A DNA stretch of 64,000 bases, from NCBI GenBank assembly GCA_051748565.1, contig JBNJHN010000002.1:3696-67695 (forward strand), given 5' to 3'. How positions within the stretch are numbered: position 1 is the stretch's first letter; every line of letters starts with the position of its first letter. Source of the stretch: Bacillota bacterium. Lineage in GTDB: Bacteria; Bacillota; Dethiobacteria; DTU022. A model generated the notes under the pieces. It saw only the letters and a list, made by a program, of their open reading frames with translations. It made no database searches and had not been told where the DNA came from. Positions 38,796-49,272 of the stretch are shown here, one piece after another. The position numbers were made by a program, and so were the translations under genes.

Positions 38796-40682
38796 ATGGA
38801 AAAAGCGGGCAAAAACAAACCAAATCGCCTGGTGAAAGAGAAGTCACCTTACCTTTTGCAGCATGCTTATAATCCTGTCGATTGGTTTCCCTGGGGCGAT
38901 GAAGCTTTTGAGAAAGCAAAAAAAGAAAACAAGCCTGTATTCCTGAGTATAGGCTACTCTACATGTCATTGGTGTCATGTAATGGAGAAAGATTCTTTCG
39001 AAGATCAGGAGGTTGCCGCCCTGATCAATGAGCATTTTATACCGATTAAAGTTGATCGCGAAGAACGTCCCGATTTAGATCAAAAGTATATGGCCGCCTG
39101 CCAGGCTTTAACCGGGCAGGGAGGGTGGCCGCTTACAGTATTTCTTACTCCTGATAAAAAGCCCTTTTATGCCGGGACTTTCTTTCCGAAGCGATCGCGT
39201 TACGGGATTAACGGTATGATGGAAATTCTGCCAAAATTGAGTGCTTTCTGGAAGGAAGATCGTGACAGAGTTATTCAAGCCGGCAACGAATTGACCTCTG
39301 CTCTGACTCAAATGGCCCGTAATACCGGAAGTGCTAATGGCAAAGTACTCCGGACGCTGCCGGGAGCAGATCTACTCGACCGGGCCTGTAAACAGTTAAA
39401 AGACAGTTACGATAAACAGTATAGTGGTTTTGGCGAAGCGCCAAAATTTCCGGCCCCACACCAACTGATTTATCTTGTCCGCTGTTGGAATCGTAACAAT
39501 GATAGTAAAGCATTGGAAATGGCCGTAAGTACTTTGCGGGCAATGCACCGGGGAGGAATTTTCGACCAAATAGGTTATGGATTGCACCGCTATTCAGTTG
39601 ACCGCAGGTGGCTGGTGCCTCATTTTGAAAAGATGCTTTACGACCAGGCTCTCGTTGTTCTGGCAGCCCTGGAAGCTTATAAAAGTTCCGGTGAAGATGA
39701 GATGGCTATCTTCGCCCGTAAAGTGATCAGCTATGTTATGACAGAGCTTGCTTCTCCGGAAGGGGCTTTTTTTGCTGCTGAAGATGCTGACAGTGAAGGA
39801 GAAGAAGGAACCTTTTATGTTTGGCGGCCTGAAGAACTCATAGAAGCGCTTGGTAAAGAGCAGGGCAGCCTGGTATCAGATTACTTTGGAGTTACAGAAA
39901 AAGGTAATTTCGAAAAAGGTAAAAGTATTTTTCACCGGGTAGCGGATGATGATAAATTTGCCACTGAAAGAGGTATGACCGAAGAGGATCTGGCAAAAAC
40001 GCTTGAACTTGCAAGGACAACCCTGCTTAAAGTACGCAGCCACCGTGAAAGGCCTTTTCGTGATGATAAAATAATCACCTCATGGAACGGCTTAATTATT
40101 GCCGCACTGGCTCGGGCTGCATATATATTGCAGGAACCAGATTACTTAAGAGCCGCAGAAAAGGCAGTCTCATTTATCACCCATAAGATGGTATCCCCTG
40201 ATGGCCGCTTATTAAGAAGATATCGCGAGGGTGAAGCAGCCATACCTGCTTTTCTCGATGATTATGCTAATTTGACCTGGGGATTCCTGGAGATTTACCG
40301 AAGCAGCAGCGAACCTGTTTACCTCGAGAGGGCTGAAAATCTAAGCCGTGAAATGCTCGATCTTTTTATGAAAGAAAAGGGTATTTTACAATATAGTAAT
40401 TCAAATGAGGAGCCGGAAGATTTTGCTCTTGAAGCAGAAGCCTCCGACAGCGCGACTCCATCTGGAGTCTCTGTTGCAGCGATGAATTTGCTTCGGTTGG
40501 GTAGATTGCTGCAGCAGGAAAGCATGGTTAAGATAGGGCGGGGTCTGATAAAAAGCCAGCAGTCTAAGCTCGAGCGATTTCCAACCAGTTTTACTTACCT
40601 GCTCACAGCCCTGGATTATGCCCTTTCAGCTAATGGAGAGAATTTTTATTGCACTCCCGATGGGAATTGCGGAGAGGAATAA
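38796..40682 (+). CDS. thioredoxin-domain protein YyaL-like (DUF255 + six-hairpin domain)
   Basis: N-terminal thioredoxin-like domain carrying the motif CHWCHVME, then a long alpha/alpha-toroid region. 628 aa. Confidence 0.8.
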   Translation: MEKAGKNKPNRLVKEKSPYLLQHAYNPVDWFPWGDEAFEKAKKENKPVFLSIGYSTCHWCHVMEKDSFEDQEVAALINEHFIPIKVDREERPDLDQKYMAACQALTGQGGWPLTVFLTPDKKPFYAGTFFPKRSRYGINGMMEILPKLSAFWKEDRDRVIQAGNELTSALTQMARNTGSANGKVLRTLPGADLLDRACKQLKDSYDKQYSGFGEAPKFPAPHQLIYLVRCWNRNNDSKALEMAVSTLRAMHRGGIFDQIGYGLHRYSVDRRWLVPHFEKMLYDQALVVLAALEAYKSSGEDEMAIFARKVISYVMTELASPEGAFFAAEDADSEGEEGTFYVWRPEELIEALGKEQGSLVSDYFGVTEKGNFEKGKSIFHRVADDDKFATERGMTEEDLAKTLELARTTLLKVRSHRERPFRDDKIITSWNGLIIAALARAAYILQEPDYLRAAEKAVSFITHKMVSPDGRLLRRYREGEAAIPAFLDDYANLTWGFLEIYRSSSEPVYLERAENLSREMLDLFMKEKGILQYSNSNEEPEDFALEAEASDSATPSGVSVAAMNLLRLGRLLQQESMVKIGRGLIKSQQSKLERFPTSFTYLLTALDYALSANGENFYCTPDGNCGEE

Positions 40683-41028
40683 TTTTTCTTATACCGCCCC
40701 GGGGATCTTCAACATCACCACGGTAACGTGGGATAACATGAACGTGGAAATGAAAAACTGTTTGGCCGGCATCTCGTCCCACATTAGCTCCAATGTTATA
40801 AGCATGGGGACTATATTTTTTGTCCAGATACTGCCTGACCCTGAAAATAAGCTGACTGATAGCATTATGTTCTTCAGGCGAAGCGTCAAAATAGTTTTCC
40901 ACGTGGCGTTTTGGAATAACGAGGATATGACCTTTACTAACCGGGCAGGCATCGTAAAAGGCCAGGGCAAGTTTATTTTCTGCTACTATTTCCAGGGATT
41001 CTCTATTGCAAAAAACACAATCCGTCAT
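40630..41028 (-). CDS. HIT family (histidine triad) protein
   Basis: HFHVHVIPR histidine triad. Its 3' end overlaps the convergent yyaL-like gene by 53 bp. Confidence 0.8.
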   Translation of the reverse strand: MTDCVFCNRESLEIVAENKLALAFYDACPVSKGHILVIPKRHVENYFDASPEEHNAISQLIFRVRQYLDKKYSPHAYNIGANVGRDAGQTVFHFHVHVIPRYRGDVEDPRGGIRKIIPLRNSHRECNKNSLH

Positions 41029-41231
41029 AAATTGTCCTCCTGATCGGTTATCTTTATTCCTTTACTTGCTCTTTATCATAACATAGGGGTTGTCAAAATA
41101 CATCTCGACCTCATGGTAAGAACCAGACAACCTTTAAATCACAGGCAGGATTACAATGCAACGGTAGTGAATTTAACCAGGGTAAATAATCATGATGATT
41201 AAGGATAACTTATAGAGGGGGTAGCAGGTTT

Positions 41232-41978
41232 TTGGTTGATCTTAGCAACTCCGAACGTTTTTTAACTGCTTTCTCCGCCATTGAACATGAAATGGAAAGG
41301 ATCCTCAAGTTGAAGGATCACAGGCGCTTTTTCGAAATGGTTGAAAAAAGCGCACGGTTGAATCCGGTTATAGAGCGCTATCGTTTTGATTTAAAAGAGT
41401 ATGGTGAATTACGCAATGCTATCGTGCATGATCGGGCCGGTGGTATTATTATTGCTGAGCCGAATGATCAAGCAGTAATGCATATTGAGAAGATTGCCAG
41501 GCTGCTTTTAAAACCGCCAAAGGTTGCGCCTTTATTTCTGAAAGAGGTGTTAGCATTATCAATCAGCCATAACGTATCAAGAGCAATCAGAGATTTAAGC
41601 CGCATGTCTTATACCCAGATCCCTGTACTTGATGATAAAAGGGTTGCCGGATTATTAACTTCGAACATGATTGTAAAGTGGATGGGTATAAGTCTGGCTG
41701 AGAATTCCTTCGATATAGACAACACTACTCTAATCGATGTTATAAATATTGTTGGCCATGAAGGTAACTATGAAATAATAGCGGCTAACAAGTCCCTCTT
41801 TGAAATACCTGATTTATTCTATCACTGGCAGAACGAAGGAAGAAAACTTGAGGCTGTTTTGATTACAAAGCGAGGAGATTCTTCTGAGCCGCTGCTTGGT
41901 ATAATTACAAACCGTGACCTGCCTTTGATTCACAGGGAGCTGGAACAAAACAACTATTCTCAGGCTGAAGAATCCTGA
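41232..41978 (+). CDS. Swt1-like HEPN domain fused to a CBS-domain pair
   Basis: N-terminal FLTAFSAIEHE...ELRNAIVHDR with an R-x4-H HEPN motif of the Swt1 type. The C-terminus has two CBS-like modules (IPVLDDKRVAGLLTSNMI; VLITKRGDSSEPLLGIITNRDL). TTG start with a GAGGGGG SD. Confidence 0.55.
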   Translation: MVDLSNSERFLTAFSAIEHEMERILKLKDHRRFFEMVEKSARLNPVIERYRFDLKEYGELRNAIVHDRAGGIIIAEPNDQAVMHIEKIARLLLKPPKVAPLFLKEVLALSISHNVSRAIRDLSRMSYTQIPVLDDKRVAGLLTSNMIVKWMGISLAENSFDIDNTTLIDVINIVGHEGNYEIIAANKSLFEIPDLFYHWQNEGRKLEAVLITKRGDSSEPLLGIITNRDLPLIHRELEQNNYSQAEES

Positions 41979-42056
41979 AAGCATTTTTCAAATCATTATG
42001 ATATCATAGTAACCTGAAGTATCTTGGCCAGCGCGAAAGTGGAAGGGAGCCCAAAT

Positions 42057-42857
42057 ATGATATTCAAGAAGTTTTGTCATCTTTGTTTATTTGGATTTGT
42101 TTGCTTGCTGATGCCTGTTATGCTTTTTATTACAGACGGTGGAAAACCGGAAATGGTTCCGGCGATTATAGATGGCGATGGTTTTATTAATGAAGATGGA
42201 CGGGATGAATCGTCAAATTTTTATGCCCTGATTTATGCACCTGAGAAGGACACGATTTCAGTACCCGAAAATAAAATTGAACCAGAGCCTGAAGTCGTAC
42301 CCGAACCTGAACCTGAACCCGAGCCTGAGCCTGAACCTGAACCCGAACCTGAACCAGAACCAGTGCCGTCAACCCGGACCGGTTCCGATTCGGCAGAGCC
42401 GGCAACAGAGCAGCAGGTCACAGAGCAGACTGCTTCTCAATCCGGTTCTACCGGAAGTTCATCGGGCCTGAGTAATAAAGAGCAGCAAATGTTAAACCAC
42501 ATCAATGAAGCAAGGAAAAATGCAGGCCTTTCTCCTCTCCGGGTTTGCAGTCAACTAACAGCAGCCGCCCGGGCAAAAAGTAAAGACATGGTTGAAAAAA
42601 ATTATTTCAGCCATACTTCACCGACCTATGGCGGTCTTCAAGGATTGCTCAGCCGTTTCGGGATTAGTTATCGCGCGGCTGGAGAGAACCTGGCCATGAA
42701 TTCTAACGGCAGCGTCAGTGCAGCCCATAATTCACTGATGGGTTCACCCGGCCACCGTGATAATATCCTGGGTCGTAATTACAGCGATGTAGGAATCGGC
42801 ATTCACATAAAAAGTGACGGATGTCATTATTACACCCAAATATTCGTAGGCCGTTAA
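42057..42857 (+). CDS. secreted CAP/SCP (PR-1-like) domain protein with an (EP)n linker
   Basis: Signal/TM segment, an acidic Pro-Glu repeat linker, then a C-terminal CAP domain (NHINEARKNAGLSPL; GSPGHRDNIL). Confidence 0.68.
   Translation: MIFKKFCHLCLFGFVCLLMPVMLFITDGGKPEMVPAIIDGDGFINEDGRDESSNFYALIYAPEKDTISVPENKIEPEPEVVPEPEPEPEPEPEPEPEPEPEPVPSTRTGSDSAEPATEQQVTEQTASQSGSTGSSSGLSNKEQQMLNHINEARKNAGLSPLRVCSQLTAAARAKSKDMVEKNYFSHTSPTYGGLQGLLSRFGISYRAAGENLAMNSNGSVSAAHNSLMGSPGHRDNILGRNYSDVGIGIHIKSDGCHYYTQIFVGR
42284..42365 (+). repeat. GAACCNGAGCC hexanucleotide-type simple repeat encoding (EP)n
   Basis: Encodes EPEPEVVPEPEPEPEPEPEPEPEPEPEPVP. The antisense ORFs over this stretch are repeat artefacts. 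Confidence 0.6.
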
Positions 42858-42956
42858 AATTTCTGCTTTCTCTCTTGAGTAAGAATAGGCCCCGTTTGTT
42901 CGCTTCATTTATAAACCCTTTTGCTTGATTGATGATTGAGGACAGGAGGTGTCCAA

Positions 42957-44072
42957 ATGCTGAAAAAGTTATTTTTAACAGCAGTAACATTAATTGCTTT
43001 GGCGGTTCCCGCCAGCGCCCAAATTGAAGCAGAGCAAGTTCAACATGATAATTCAGTGCAGGAAAATTTCTACAGGGGACGGGTGCTCGAGATTCATGAA
43101 ACAAAAGAGGATGAGCATGAATATTATACGGTTATTGAGCAGCAAGTATTGGTTCGTCTGACCAGTGGCCCTTACAGCGGAGAAACCATAACAATCTTTA
43201 ATACATTTTTTGAAGGTGATCCTGTTTATGATTTTTTGATCGAAGAAGGCCAGGAAGTTATCGTTGTTACTATGGGGGAAGAGGGATCCTTTGATCAGGC
43301 TTATGTCCAGGACATGGCAAGGGATCGAGGAGTTTACTACCTGATTGCTGTTTTCCTGATAGCGCTTTTGGTAGTAGGCCGGATGAAGGGCTTAAAGACA
43401 ATTATAACCCTGGCTGTCACCATCCTCCTGATATTTCAATTCCTTTTGCCTATGCTTCTGGCAGGCTACAGCCCGATTTTGCTGGCAATCATTACAGCTT
43501 CCCTGGCTATAACCTTTACCCTCTTTGTAATCGGCGGCCTGAATATGAAATCTCTGGTTGCCGTCCTGGGAACTGTTACCGGTGTATTCGTAGCCGGGCT
43601 TATGGCATTTTGGGCCGGTAGTTTAGCCCGGTTGACCGGGTTTGGCACACACGAGGCACAGATGCTTTACTTTATGGATCAATCAATCGATTTTCGGGGA
43701 CTGCTTTTCGCCGGTATTATCATCGGCTCGCTGGGCGCTATTATCGACATCGGTATATCGGTTGCCTCTGCTGCTGCTGAAATCAGGCAGGCCTGCCCCG
43801 AGATTCATTTTAAAGAGCTTTTCGGAGGCGCGCTGAACGTTGGACGCGATGTGATGGGAACAATGGCCAATACATTGATTCTTGCTTACGTTGGTGCTGC
43901 TATCCCGATGCTGTTACTGGTAATGGGTTACGAGATTGATTTTCTAAAAGTCATAAACATGGACCTGATCGCTACAGAATTTGTACGCGGGATAGCCGGC
44001 AGTATAGGGTTGATTGCAGCTGTCCCTGTCACTGCTGTTCTGGCCGCCTATTTTCTGGCTGATCACAGATGA
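42957..44072 (+). CDS. YibE/F family membrane protein
   Basis: Signal peptide and a soluble N-domain, followed by about 7 TM helices with a Gly-rich pattern. AGGAGG SD 9 nt before the ATG at 42957. Confidence 0.65.
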   Translation: MLKKLFLTAVTLIALAVPASAQIEAEQVQHDNSVQENFYRGRVLEIHETKEDEHEYYTVIEQQVLVRLTSGPYSGETITIFNTFFEGDPVYDFLIEEGQEVIVVTMGEEGSFDQAYVQDMARDRGVYYLIAVFLIALLVVGRMKGLKTIITLAVTILLIFQFLLPMLLAGYSPILLAIITASLAITFTLFVIGGLNMKSLVAVLGTVTGVFVAGLMAFWAGSLARLTGFGTHEAQMLYFMDQSIDFRGLLFAGIIIGSLGAIIDIGISVASAAAEIRQACPEIHFKELFGGALNVGRDVMGTMANTLILAYVGAAIPMLLLVMGYEIDFLKVINMDLIATEFVRGIAGSIGLIAAVPVTAVLAAYFLADHR

Positions 44073-44120
44073 TTGTTTAAGGTCAGTTAGATCGATGAAA
44101 TAGCAGGAGGATTGATCATA

Positions 44121-45482
44121 ATGAAAAGTTTTGACTTGATAGTAATCGGCGGCGGAACTGCCGGAATGAACTTGCTTTACCGGGCAGCGGGAAAAGGTTG
44201 GAAGGTAGCTGTAATCGAATCAAGCTATTTGGGAGGGACCTGTATTAACGTCGGCTGCATTCCTTCAAAAACCCTGCTCCACTCGGGAAGGGTGATGCAG
44301 AAAGTATGTGATGCCGGAGATTATGGCATTATTGTTGAAGCGCCGCGGGTTGACTGGCCGGCGGTGGTGCGCCGTAAAGACCGCCTTGTTGGGCGCATCC
44401 GCAGTCGTAGCTATGATAACGTCGATAAAAATAAAAATATTACCTTGATCGAGGGTGTAGCAGAGTTTAGCGGACCGCGTGAAATTGAAGTAAACGGAGA
44501 GAAGATTACTGCTGCTAAAATAGTAATTGCAGCCGGCGCACGTCCTGCAATACCGCAGATTACAGGTTTGGACCGGGTTGACTACCTTAACTCCACTTCA
44601 GTCATGGATATGCAGAAGCTGCCGGATAGTTTGTTGATCCTGGGCGGAGGTATCATTGCCCTTGAATTTTCACAGCTTTTTTCCCGCCTGGGAGTCGATG
44701 TGACTATCCTTCAGCGCGGTAAACGGCTGGTTAAAGCCCTTGAACCTGAAATATCAGATGAAATATGCAGCATTTTAGAAAGTGAAGGGGTTGATGTTAA
44801 ACTAGATACTCAGATCATAGAAGTGGGTAAAGAGGGTTTAGGTATCTATGTTGTCGATAAAACTGATAACGGGCCGGTACGCTATAGAGCTGAAAAAATA
44901 ATGCTGGCAGCTGGTAGAACACCAAACACCGACAGGCTTAAAGTAGAGCGTGTCGGAGTTGAAATTGATGAAGGGGGTTTTGTTAAGGTCGATTCAAATT
45001 ATAAAACCACTGCTGAAGGAATTTGGGCTATAGGTGATGTGATAGGCGGGATGATGTTTACCCATGTAGCCTGGCATGATGCATTCCTGCTTTCTGGTTA
45101 CCTTTTACACGGCAGGGAGATCCCTGCCGAAAACAGATTAATTCCTTTTGCCATCTTTGCAGAACCGGAGATTTCAGGAGTCGGTATGGGCGAGGAAGAA
45201 GCTTATAAAGCCGGTTATGAAGTTAAAATCCAGCGCTTTTACTTTGCTCATCATGGGCGGGCCCTGGCCGCAATGGAAACAAAGGGTTTTGTCAAACTGG
45301 TAATCGACAAAACAAATGGCAAGGTACTTGGAGCCCATATAATCGGTCCTGATGCAGGCGAAATGATTCACGAACTGGTCGCTGCTATCCGTTTCGGCGC
45401 AACAGTTTATGACCTGCAGGATATGATGCATATACATCCAACATTAACCGAGGCAATTAAGAGCGCCGCCTGGTCAGATTAA
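44121..45482 (+). CDS. FAD-dependent pyridine nucleotide-disulfide oxidoreductase (dihydrolipoamide dehydrogenase/mercuric reductase-like)
   Basis: GGGTAG FAD motif, the redox-active GGTCINVGCIPSK, and a C-terminal dimerisation domain with the motif HIHPTLTE. AGGAGG SD. Confidence 0.8.
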   Translation: MKSFDLIVIGGGTAGMNLLYRAAGKGWKVAVIESSYLGGTCINVGCIPSKTLLHSGRVMQKVCDAGDYGIIVEAPRVDWPAVVRRKDRLVGRIRSRSYDNVDKNKNITLIEGVAEFSGPREIEVNGEKITAAKIVIAAGARPAIPQITGLDRVDYLNSTSVMDMQKLPDSLLILGGGIIALEFSQLFSRLGVDVTILQRGKRLVKALEPEISDEICSILESEGVDVKLDTQIIEVGKEGLGIYVVDKTDNGPVRYRAEKIMLAAGRTPNTDRLKVERVGVEIDEGGFVKVDSNYKTTAEGIWAIGDVIGGMMFTHVAWHDAFLLSGYLLHGREIPAENRLIPFAIFAEPEISGVGMGEEEAYKAGYEVKIQRFYFAHHGRALAAMETKGFVKLVIDKTNGKVLGAHIIGPDAGEMIHELVAAIRFGATVYDLQDMMHIHPTLTEAIKSAAWSD

Positions 45483-45562
45483 TAAAAAAACGGGATGGAA
45501 TTTTAAACATGGAGTCGTCGCTGTTTTGAATTCGTTTCCAGCTTATTTCGATTTTATTTGAG

Positions 45563-46735
45563 TTATCCAAAAAAAGTGCTGATAAACTTACTGATTACGT
45601 CCGCACCACCGATAATAGTGCCAATGCTACTTCCCAGGTTGGCGAAGACAACAACCAGGAGGATATGGGTTACCTTGTTGCGCCAAAAACCACGGAAGGT
45701 ATGAATGTCTTCAGCAAGATTTTCGAAGTCATTCACATTTGGTTTTCTGACAATAGCTTCAGTTAAGCCGGCAAACCAGCCGGCAGCCAGTAGTGGACTT
45801 AGAGAACTGATTGGCGCTACAACGAAAGCGGTTAAAATGGACAGTGGATGGGCGAAAGCGAGTGCGGCTCCTAAAACTCCCAGGGACCCGTTCCAGAGAA
45901 TCCAGCTTACCATTTGATCTATTCCTGTTGCCCTGTCAACAGAAAATGTCGATGCAATTATGGTAATTATTAATATGGGAATGGCCCAGGCAATAATTTT
46001 AGTTATTTTTGAAGGCGGCAAAATTTTTGAAAGCTCTGCCAGATCGTTATCGATATGCAGTTCCTTCTTAATACCGGGAATGTGGCCCGCTCCCAACACA
46101 GCCACAATTTTGCTGCCGGGTGCTGTTTTTATTTTCTGAGCGAGAAAGCGGTCTCTTTCGTCAATTACAATTGATTTTAGTTGTGGAAAAGCACGGGATA
46201 GTTCTTCCAGGGCGGCGCTGAGCATGTCCTGGCTTTTCATCTTTTCCAGATCTTCCTCGGTCAACTCTTCACTTGCCAGCGTACTCAACATAAAATTAAA
46301 GAACAATTTAAGTTTGCCCCAAAAACCAAGCTTTCGCCATAAACGGAGCATTGTAACCTGGATATCACGATCAGCAAGGCAGAGTTCGGCACCGACTTCT
46401 TTAGCTGATGTAATACCCTGGATCATCTCCTGACCTGGCTGTATCCCGAATTGCCTGGCCAATTTTTTTTGATATGAGGATAAAGCCAGTTTTACTAAAA
46501 GCAGTAGTGCCTTACCTTCTTTAACAATCTTGACTACATCAGTGTTTTTCCACTTTTCCGCATCGACTATAGATTGATAGCGGGATTCGCAAAGTTCTAC
46601 GCATACAGTATCCGGTTTTTCAGTTTCGATAAGCTCCTTGACTTCATCGACACTTTTTCTTGAAACGTGGGCTGTACCGATTAATATTATTTGGCGATCA
46701 TCTATATCTATACGATGGACATTGTCATTGGTCAA
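45563..46735 (-). CDS. TraB/GumN family protein with a C-terminal TM region
   Basis: ILIGTAHVS...S motif. The start is probably the TTG at 46735. The ORF-track extension to 46876 is AT-rich and ends directly at the transposase stop. Confidence 0.55.
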   Translation of the reverse strand: MTNDNVHRIDIDDRQIILIGTAHVSRKSVDEVKELIETEKPDTVCVELCESRYQSIVDAEKWKNTDVVKIVKEGKALLLLVKLALSSYQKKLARQFGIQPGQEMIQGITSAKEVGAELCLADRDIQVTMLRLWRKLGFWGKLKLFFNFMLSTLASEELTEEDLEKMKSQDMLSAALEELSRAFPQLKSIVIDERDRFLAQKIKTAPGSKIVAVLGAGHIPGIKKELHIDNDLAELSKILPPSKITKIIAWAIPILIITIIASTFSVDRATGIDQMVSWILWNGSLGVLGAALAFAHPLSILTAFVVAPISSLSPLLAAGWFAGLTEAIVRKPNVNDFENLAEDIHTFRGFWRNKVTHILLVVVFANLGSSIGTIIGGADVISKFISTFFG

Positions 46736-46877
46736 ATAATCACATCCTGCCGGTATTTCATTCTTAACAAGAGTAATAATATCATATTTTAATACTTCAA
46801 GGGGACAGGGTATAAATTTTATAATCACCGAATTCTTTACAGATCCAGCTACAGCTGTACATATAATATAAAACATT

Positions 46878-47654
46878 TTACTTTTTTCGTATCATATTCT
46901 GTACGGAGCCCTTACTGATTCTCAATGCTGCAGAAATTCTCCTTATGGATAATCCGTGTTTATTATGTAAAATAGAAACAGTAGCCGGAAGGCTTTTATA
47001 CTTTTTAATGCTTGACATATCTGTAATGCCGGCATTTTTTAGTTCTGCCTCTACTATATGATTTATTCTTTCATCGGATAACTGATTATCAGGTAGTTCC
47101 AGGAAAGATTCATGTACCGGTATTTTTAAGAGACGGTTGTATTCTTTGATTGCAACAGATAAGTTTTGGTTGATGAAGTTTAAAATACTGGTATCAACAA
47201 ATGTATTGATTTCAGCATCTCGATAACAGCAGTCACTTGACCACCGGTATTTTTCTACTTCGTCACATATACCGGCTTTGACGGGGTTTTGATGTATATA
47301 TCTTAGAACGGTAAATAGATACTTTTCATCATCAATGCTTTCGCTATCGTACCTGTTTTGGAATAGATGACCCACCCTGTTATACTTTTTATTAAAGTAG
47401 ATTGCGTAAGCTGTACTGAGGCTATGCATTGCCGCGGTTAACTGTCCGTCAATTTCCCGCAGCAGCACATGGAGATGGTTGTCCATAAGACAGTAAGCAA
47501 TAACAGAAATAAAGCCCTTGTCAACCTGCTTCTGCAGAAGCTCTAAAAATTTATGACGATCCTGGTTGTTTTTAAAAATCAGGTTGCGGTTATTTCCGCG
47601 CAGCATAACATGGTAATATCCACTCTCGGATTTCATGCGGGCAGTTCTGACCAT
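46878..47654 (-). CDS. IS200-like / REP-associated tyrosine transposase (Y1 HUH) with a C-terminal HTH extension
   Basis: Opens with GYYHVMLRGNNRNLIF, then the motif MDNHLHVLL with the HUH (HLH), and a catalytic Tyr region. The C-terminal IRRISAALRISKGSVQNM looks like an HTH. Confidence 0.8.
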   Translation of the reverse strand: MVRTARMKSESGYYHVMLRGNNRNLIFKNNQDRHKFLELLQKQVDKGFISVIAYCLMDNHLHVLLREIDGQLTAAMHSLSTAYAIYFNKKYNRVGHLFQNRYDSESIDDEKYLFTVLRYIHQNPVKAGICDEVEKYRWSSDCCYRDAEINTFVDTSILNFINQNLSVAIKEYNRLLKIPVHESFLELPDNQLSDERINHIVEAELKNAGITDMSSIKKYKSLPATVSILHNKHGLSIRRISAALRISKGSVQNMIRKK

Positions 47655-47700
47655 ATGATGGGTCTCCTTTACAATGGATGAATTGTATCACATATATTTT

Positions 47701-47733
47701 TAGTACACAACCTCCGTCCCTGTGTACTGTTAT
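47701..47733. repeat. third REP-like hairpin copy, inverted orientation, 47 nt upstream of the RAYT start
   Basis: The reverse complement reads CAGTACACAGGGACGGAGGTTGTGTACTAAAAATAT, about 90% identical to the 26941-27017 copies. Confidence 0.6.
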
Positions 47734-47736
47734 CTG

Positions 47737-49107
47737 TCAATTTGGGGTATGTTCTATTAATGTTATTGTTTCCACGTGGCTGGTATGAGGGAACATGTCG
47801 ATGGGTTGAACCTGGCGGATTTTGAATTGTTTTTGCAGCAGCTGTTTTAAGTCGCGGGCCAGGGTAGAAGGGTTGCAGGAGATATAAATAATCCGTTCCG
47901 GTTTAGCTGCTGCTGCTGATTCAAGCAGGTCCGGGGAGCAGCCGCCGCGTGGCGGATTGAGATATAACGTTATCGGATGTTCACCCTTAAGAAGCAAACC
48001 GGAGATTTCTTCAGCCCGGCCATTGATAAATTTAACATTGTTAATATTATTTAATATGGCATTAGCCTTGGCATCATCGATAGCAGAGCTTTCTGAATCG
48101 ATGCCAAGCACAGTACCTGCTTTTCTGCTCAGGTAAAGAGCAAAGTTACCGGTACCGCAATATAAATCGTATGCAGTACGCGGACTGCCGGCCAGCTTTG
48201 CGGCTTCTTTGTAGAGTACTGCAGCCTGTCTGGGATTGACCTGGAAAAAAGATTTTGGTGATATGCGGTAGCGGTAAGGAGTAATTTCTTCCTCGAGGAA
48301 AGCTTGTCCGAAAAGGCTGTGATGTTTAATATTTAAGCCTTTATTCCCGGGTTGTAAAAGTGTGACCCCGGATAATAGATGACCTGCTTCACCGGATATC
48401 AGATTTGCCAATTTTTCCAGGCTGCCGGGGCTGCTGTTTACTTTGCCTGGAAGGGTAACCAGGCATCGATTGGTAGAAAATGAAGAGCGAATTACAGCAC
48501 CGGTGACAGGTAAAGGGTTTCTATTCTTTCCGCTTTTCATGTCGAAAAATTTTTGTCCGGAAGTACGGATATGATTGATCATTTGAGCAATCAGAGGGTG
48601 TTGGACCAGGCAGTCTTCAATATCGATGATCCGATGACTTTTTTCTTCAAAAAAGCCTGCTATTACCCGTCCGCTATCAAAGCCAAGGTGAATTTGTGCT
48701 TTGTTGCGAAAGCGCCATGGTTCATCCATGCCGATGATCGGTAAAACCGGAACCTCAATTGCAGCAATTCTGTGCAGGGTTTCAGTTACCATTTCCCGCT
48801 TCCAGGCCAACTGTTTTTTATAATCCAGATGCTGAAGCTGGCAGCCCCCACAGTGCTTGAAATAGGGGCAGGGAGGAGATATCCTTTGTTCGGCAGTACT
48901 GATTAGCGAAAGCAGGGTTGCTTCCGCATAATTTCTGTGAACCGCAGTTATCTTAATTTCTACTTTTTCGCAGGGCAGAGCACCAGGCACAAATATTGTA
49001 AAACCATTTTTCTTTCCCACGCCTTCTCCGCGGTGATTCAGGTCTGTAATTTCCAGCTCTGATATTTCCCCTTCTCTACAGGGCGGGTCGGTTCTTTGGT
49101 CGGTCAT
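47737..49107 (-). CDS. rlmD: 23S rRNA (uracil-5-)-methyltransferase RlmD/RumA family
   Basis: TRAM domain, a Cys cluster (CPYFKHCGGCQLQH) and a SAM-MTase fold. The ATG at 49107 is preceded by GGAGGAGAGGTGG. Confidence 0.8.
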   Translation of the reverse strand: MTDQRTDPPCREGEISELEITDLNHRGEGVGKKNGFTIFVPGALPCEKVEIKITAVHRNYAEATLLSLISTAEQRISPPCPYFKHCGGCQLQHLDYKKQLAWKREMVTETLHRIAAIEVPVLPIIGMDEPWRFRNKAQIHLGFDSGRVIAGFFEEKSHRIIDIEDCLVQHPLIAQMINHIRTSGQKFFDMKSGKNRNPLPVTGAVIRSSFSTNRCLVTLPGKVNSSPGSLEKLANLISGEAGHLLSGVTLLQPGNKGLNIKHHSLFGQAFLEEEITPYRYRISPKSFFQVNPRQAAVLYKEAAKLAGSPRTAYDLYCGTGNFALYLSRKAGTVLGIDSESSAIDDAKANAILNNINNVKFINGRAEEISGLLLKGEHPITLYLNPPRGGCSPDLLESAAAAKPERIIYISCNPSTLARDLKQLLQKQFKIRQVQPIDMFPHTSHVETITLIEHTPN

Positions 49108-49272
49108 GGCTCCACCTCTCCTCCGAAAGCTATGCAAGCGGCTGAAATTGTGATTTTATTATATAATACTTGTCCAGATCGACCATTTATGTGGACCTTG
49201 TGTAATTGATCAACTATAATTAGGCTGACAAGCTCATTAATTTCAAGAATAATTATGAGAAGGAGTAGCTTA

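Noticed and set aside
42187-42471. Three overlapping ORFs (both strands) over the (EP)n region
   Set aside because: They are artefacts of the GAACCNGAGCC simple repeat within the CAP-domain gene.
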